Of a stretch of 64,000 nt of DNA, positions 61,981 through 64,000 are shown one piece after another. Positions within the stretch are counted from its first letter, which is position 1; every line of letters starts with the position of its first letter. The stretch comes from a virus: the IMG/VR virus record IMGVR_UViG_3300045988_167206, positions 108,686 through 172,685 of that record; one strand, 5' to 3'. The notes under the pieces were generated by a model. That model was not told the DNA's origin and did no database searches. It was given only the letters and a program-made list of their open reading frames with translations. Made by a program: the position numbers and the translations under genes.

Positions 61981-62000
61981 ATAAAATTTAAAAATATATT
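61981..62000 (+). promoter_or_regulatory. copy of conserved 15-mer with extended match
   Basis: ATAAAATTTAAAAATATATTAAGGAG. 19 nt upstream of ATG 62019. Confidence 0.6.
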
Positions 62001-62018
62001 AAGGAGAATAGTAATACT

Positions 62019-63224
62019 ATGGCAACGTGGAATATGAATTATCTAGCTAATAGAAATTTTCCAGAATTGTATAAGTATGTAGAAGTTATTCTGAGTGATG
62101 GAACGATTAGAAAAAATATGCTAGTTAAAAGAAAATATGGAATTTATGAATGGCGCGATTATACTTCTTGTTACGTAGTAGGATGGAGATACATTGAAGA
62201 AGATAATAAAGAAAAATCAAATGTAAAGGAGAATAAAACTATGAAGAATAACAACAGAGAGAGCAGAATGGAAACTTTAAATAATGCAGGTATTAACACA
62301 GGTAAATATTTTAGCTTAAGTCTTCCGGAAGGACTTAAGCCTGGAGCAACGATCAACATTACAATTTCAGAAGATGGTATTCCGGTTATTAATACGCCTG
62401 AGAAACCGCAAGAAATTGATGTTGCACTTGAGAATTATAATGATATCTGCAGGAATATTACAAGTAGATATGTTAAAAATACAAAATTACATAGAAGATG
62501 GGTAATGGCACAGATGTTCAGAATGTTGAATTATGAAAGCAGAAATGGAGAACGCTGTGGGTACGATGCATATTTAAATGATATGTATGAATATGATTAT
62601 CAGTTTAAGATGATGCTTGATGAAATCAGAGTTTTAAGTATTCTTCAGGAAAAAGATTACACTGCATTTAATGAAAGATCAATTTTCTTTGATTTTAATA
62701 CAGTCATTGCTACTTGTGAGGATTATTTAAGAAAACTGAAAAAATATGTAGAAAATCTTCCAAAAAAGAAATGTAAAGGTGTTCCATATGTAAGAATTAG
62801 TGGAAATGATGTGTTCGTAAATGATTTATATAAGAAAGTTTATTTTCCGATTGAAGACCGGATCCGTAAAATGAGAATCGCAAAACAGTGTGATGAATTA
62901 TATTGTAATTTAAAATGGTTCATTGTAGATTTTGTAAAGAAATATCGCCTTCCAGATAATACTCCAAAATGTAAAGAGTGGAAAAATGCATTCAAGGGAG
63001 CAGGATCTTATTACACATTAATGAATTTGGTTAAATTCCATGGATGTAATATTTATACCGATCATGGTATTTTAAGTGGTTTAAGAGCTGTAGAATATGT
63101 AAATGATAAAAGTAAAGAATATCATGGAGAATATTATAGATTATTTGCTCTTATGAAAAAGGTTATTGCTGATAATAGATTTGATTTTGGTTTGGCAATG
63201 AAAGAAATTTACGGAAATAAATAA
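62019..63224 (+). CDS. hypothetical protein
   Basis: 401-aa ORF with AAGGAGAA SD. Confidence 0.75.
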   Translation: MATWNMNYLANRNFPELYKYVEVILSDGTIRKNMLVKRKYGIYEWRDYTSCYVVGWRYIEEDNKEKSNVKENKTMKNNNRESRMETLNNAGINTGKYFSLSLPEGLKPGATINITISEDGIPVINTPEKPQEIDVALENYNDICRNITSRYVKNTKLHRRWVMAQMFRMLNYESRNGERCGYDAYLNDMYEYDYQFKMMLDEIRVLSILQEKDYTAFNERSIFFDFNTVIATCEDYLRKLKKYVENLPKKKCKGVPYVRISGNDVFVNDLYKKVYFPIEDRIRKMRIAKQCDELYCNLKWFIVDFVKKYRLPDNTPKCKEWKNAFKGAGSYYTLMNLVKFHGCNIYTDHGILSGLRAVEYVNDKSKEYHGEYYRLFALMKKVIADNRFDFGLAMKEIYGNK

Positions 63225-63238
63225 TTGTAATAATATAC

Positions 63239-63408
63239 TGTGATATATACGCAAATTACACAAGGTGTATATCTTCAATTGTAAGGCACGAATATCATAG
63301 ATGTCAGCCAAATCTTCGGATTAACATCCTACGAAATTGGCCGACATCTATGATTCGATGCCTTCGATATATGAAACATTTACAGTGATATATACGAACG
63401 CATGAGTG
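63239..63408 (+). repeat. structured unit U4: TTCAATT box, 82-nt hairpin, conserved 3' box, flanked by direct repeat GTGATATATACG
   Basis: Hairpin at 63283-63364 (AAGGCA/TGCCTT, CGAAT/ATTCG, TCATAGATGTC/GACATCTATGA, GCCAA/TTGGC). Followed by CGATATATGAAACAT-TTACAG-N17-TGAGTG. GTGATATATACG occurs at 63240 and 63385. Confidence 0.6.
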
Positions 63409-63513
63409 TAATTATCTTCTTTAATTTCCATAATATACCAGCACTTCCAATTAACCAATGGGTGTATAATATATAATATAAAAGGATAGCGAAAATTTGT
63501 TCGATTTTTTATA

Positions 63514-63542
63514 TTGCCAAAATACTTGAACTATGGTATAAC
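63514..63542 (+). promoter_or_regulatory. sigma-70-like promoter (TTGCCA-17-TATAAC with TG extension)
   Basis: TTGCCA at 63514-63519, 17-nt spacer ending in TGG, TATAAC at 63537-63542. 50 nt upstream of ATG 63592. Confidence 0.5.
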
Positions 63543-63591
63543 ATTAATATAAAAACGAACAGATGTTTGCTGATTGGGAGGCTAGAATATA

Positions 63592-63867
63592 ATGGGAAAA
63601 GAAACTGAAAAAGAAGTATGTGTGATTATTACAAAAAGTAATCAGGTAAAAGAAATAGTCTTTGTTGATGAAGACCAGGCAACAGGCTATATTGAGGATC
63701 GTTACAGAGAATTTATTAAAACTGTTCCGAATTATAATTTTCGTGAATCATATCTGTCTCCTGATCGTACATATGGAAAGATTGCAGCAGGAATTTTTAG
63801 TGTGAAAATTATGTTATACCGGGGAAATGTCAAACGATATCAATCGAAATGGAAAGATAATAGGTAA
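63592..63867 (+). CDS. hypothetical protein
   Basis: 91-aa ORF with GGGAGG SD. Followed by a strong terminator. Confidence 0.6.
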   Translation: MGKETEKEVCVIITKSNQVKEIVFVDEDQATGYIEDRYREFIKTVPNYNFRESYLSPDRTYGKIAAGIFSVKIMLYRGNVKRYQSKWKDNR

Positions 63868-63882
63868 TTAAGTAATAAGAAA

Positions 63883-63912
63883 AGATCGACAATGCGTCGG
63901 TCTTTTTTTTTT
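63883..63912 (+). terminator. rho-independent terminator
   Basis: AGATCGAC-aatgc-GTCGGTCT followed by a 10-nt T run. Confidence 0.85.
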
Positions 63913-63933
63913 GCAGAAAATGAGGTCGATAAA

Positions 63934-64000
63934 ATGAAAAAGGTAAAAAATAATATTTTAACTATTGAAGAAGCAGAAAAAGTTTCTGGAGTACATTATA
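63934..64000 (+). CDS. hypothetical protein, N-terminal fragment (runs off the right edge)
   Basis: ATG 63934 with GAGGT SD. MKKVKNNILTIEEAEKVSGVHY... Confidence 0.45.
   Translation, partial: MKKVKNNILTIEEAEKVSGVHY

Noticed and set aside
1483-62359. Numerous 60-150-aa track ORFs antisense to, or in alternative frames of, longer genes (for example 1483..1728, 2637..2843, 8305..8541, 11824..12153, 21736..22104, 25214..25648, 37585..38037, 50531..50812, 51078..51431, 52915..53298)
   Set aside because: They are fully embedded in longer ORFs that have motifs or SD sites. AT-rich antisense frames commonly stay open, and there is no independent translation signal.
60986-63408. Hairpin units U1-U4 as a CRISPR array, a type III toxI-like repeat, or integron attC sites
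   Set aside because: The conserved part is the flank while the hairpin varies, the opposite of CRISPR. Units are about 120-160 nt rather than 28-37 nt. The downstream 158-aa protein shows no ToxN/AbiQ-like motifs. No integrase is present and the conserved boxes are not the base-paired R'/R'' arrangement of attC.

Overview
AT-rich segment of a large tailed phage or prophage. Almost every gene has a strong GGAGG-type Shine-Dalgarno site, which points to a Firmicutes-like host. Layout: (i) 1-16.9 kb, minus strand, holds a virion and packaging module (tail-proximal genes, connector-size genes, capsid, scaffold-like gene, portal, large terminase) followed by a metallophosphoesterase, a ClpP-family protease and a beta-CASP metallo-beta-lactamase nuclease. 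(ii) 11 minus-strand tRNA genes (one at 12.9 kb, ten at 16.9-18.9 kb), with a plus-strand small-toxin-like cassette inserted in the array. (iii) 18.9-28.3 kb, minus strand, holds HU, a 955-aa protein with the catalytic signature of YonO/RdRP-type two-barrel RNA polymerases, an amidoligase-like protein, a clear Thg1-like 3'-5' nucleotidyltransferase, and a Bro-N antirepressor gene interrupted by one in-frame TAG. (iv) 28.34-29.71 kb is a 1.37-kb non-coding, highly structured divergent control region. (v) 29.7-64 kb, plus strand, holds about 90 tightly packed small early-type genes. Recognisable ones are a ParB-N nuclease-domain protein, RadC/JAB, a HAD phosphatase, DUF2786, DUF932, a DUF551-like protein, and a stand-alone 421-aa reverse transcriptase. 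The most interesting sequence-level signals are: an orientation-locked 15-mer (RTAAAATTTAAAAAT) upstream of at least 12 genes; a family of four long covarying hairpins, each followed by a conserved bipartite box; the RT with no retron, DGR or intron context; the Thg1-like enzyme next to a tRNA array with atypical tRNAs; and the type-I-toxin-like cassette. Functional calls rest on motifs I could read by eye. No database searches were run.
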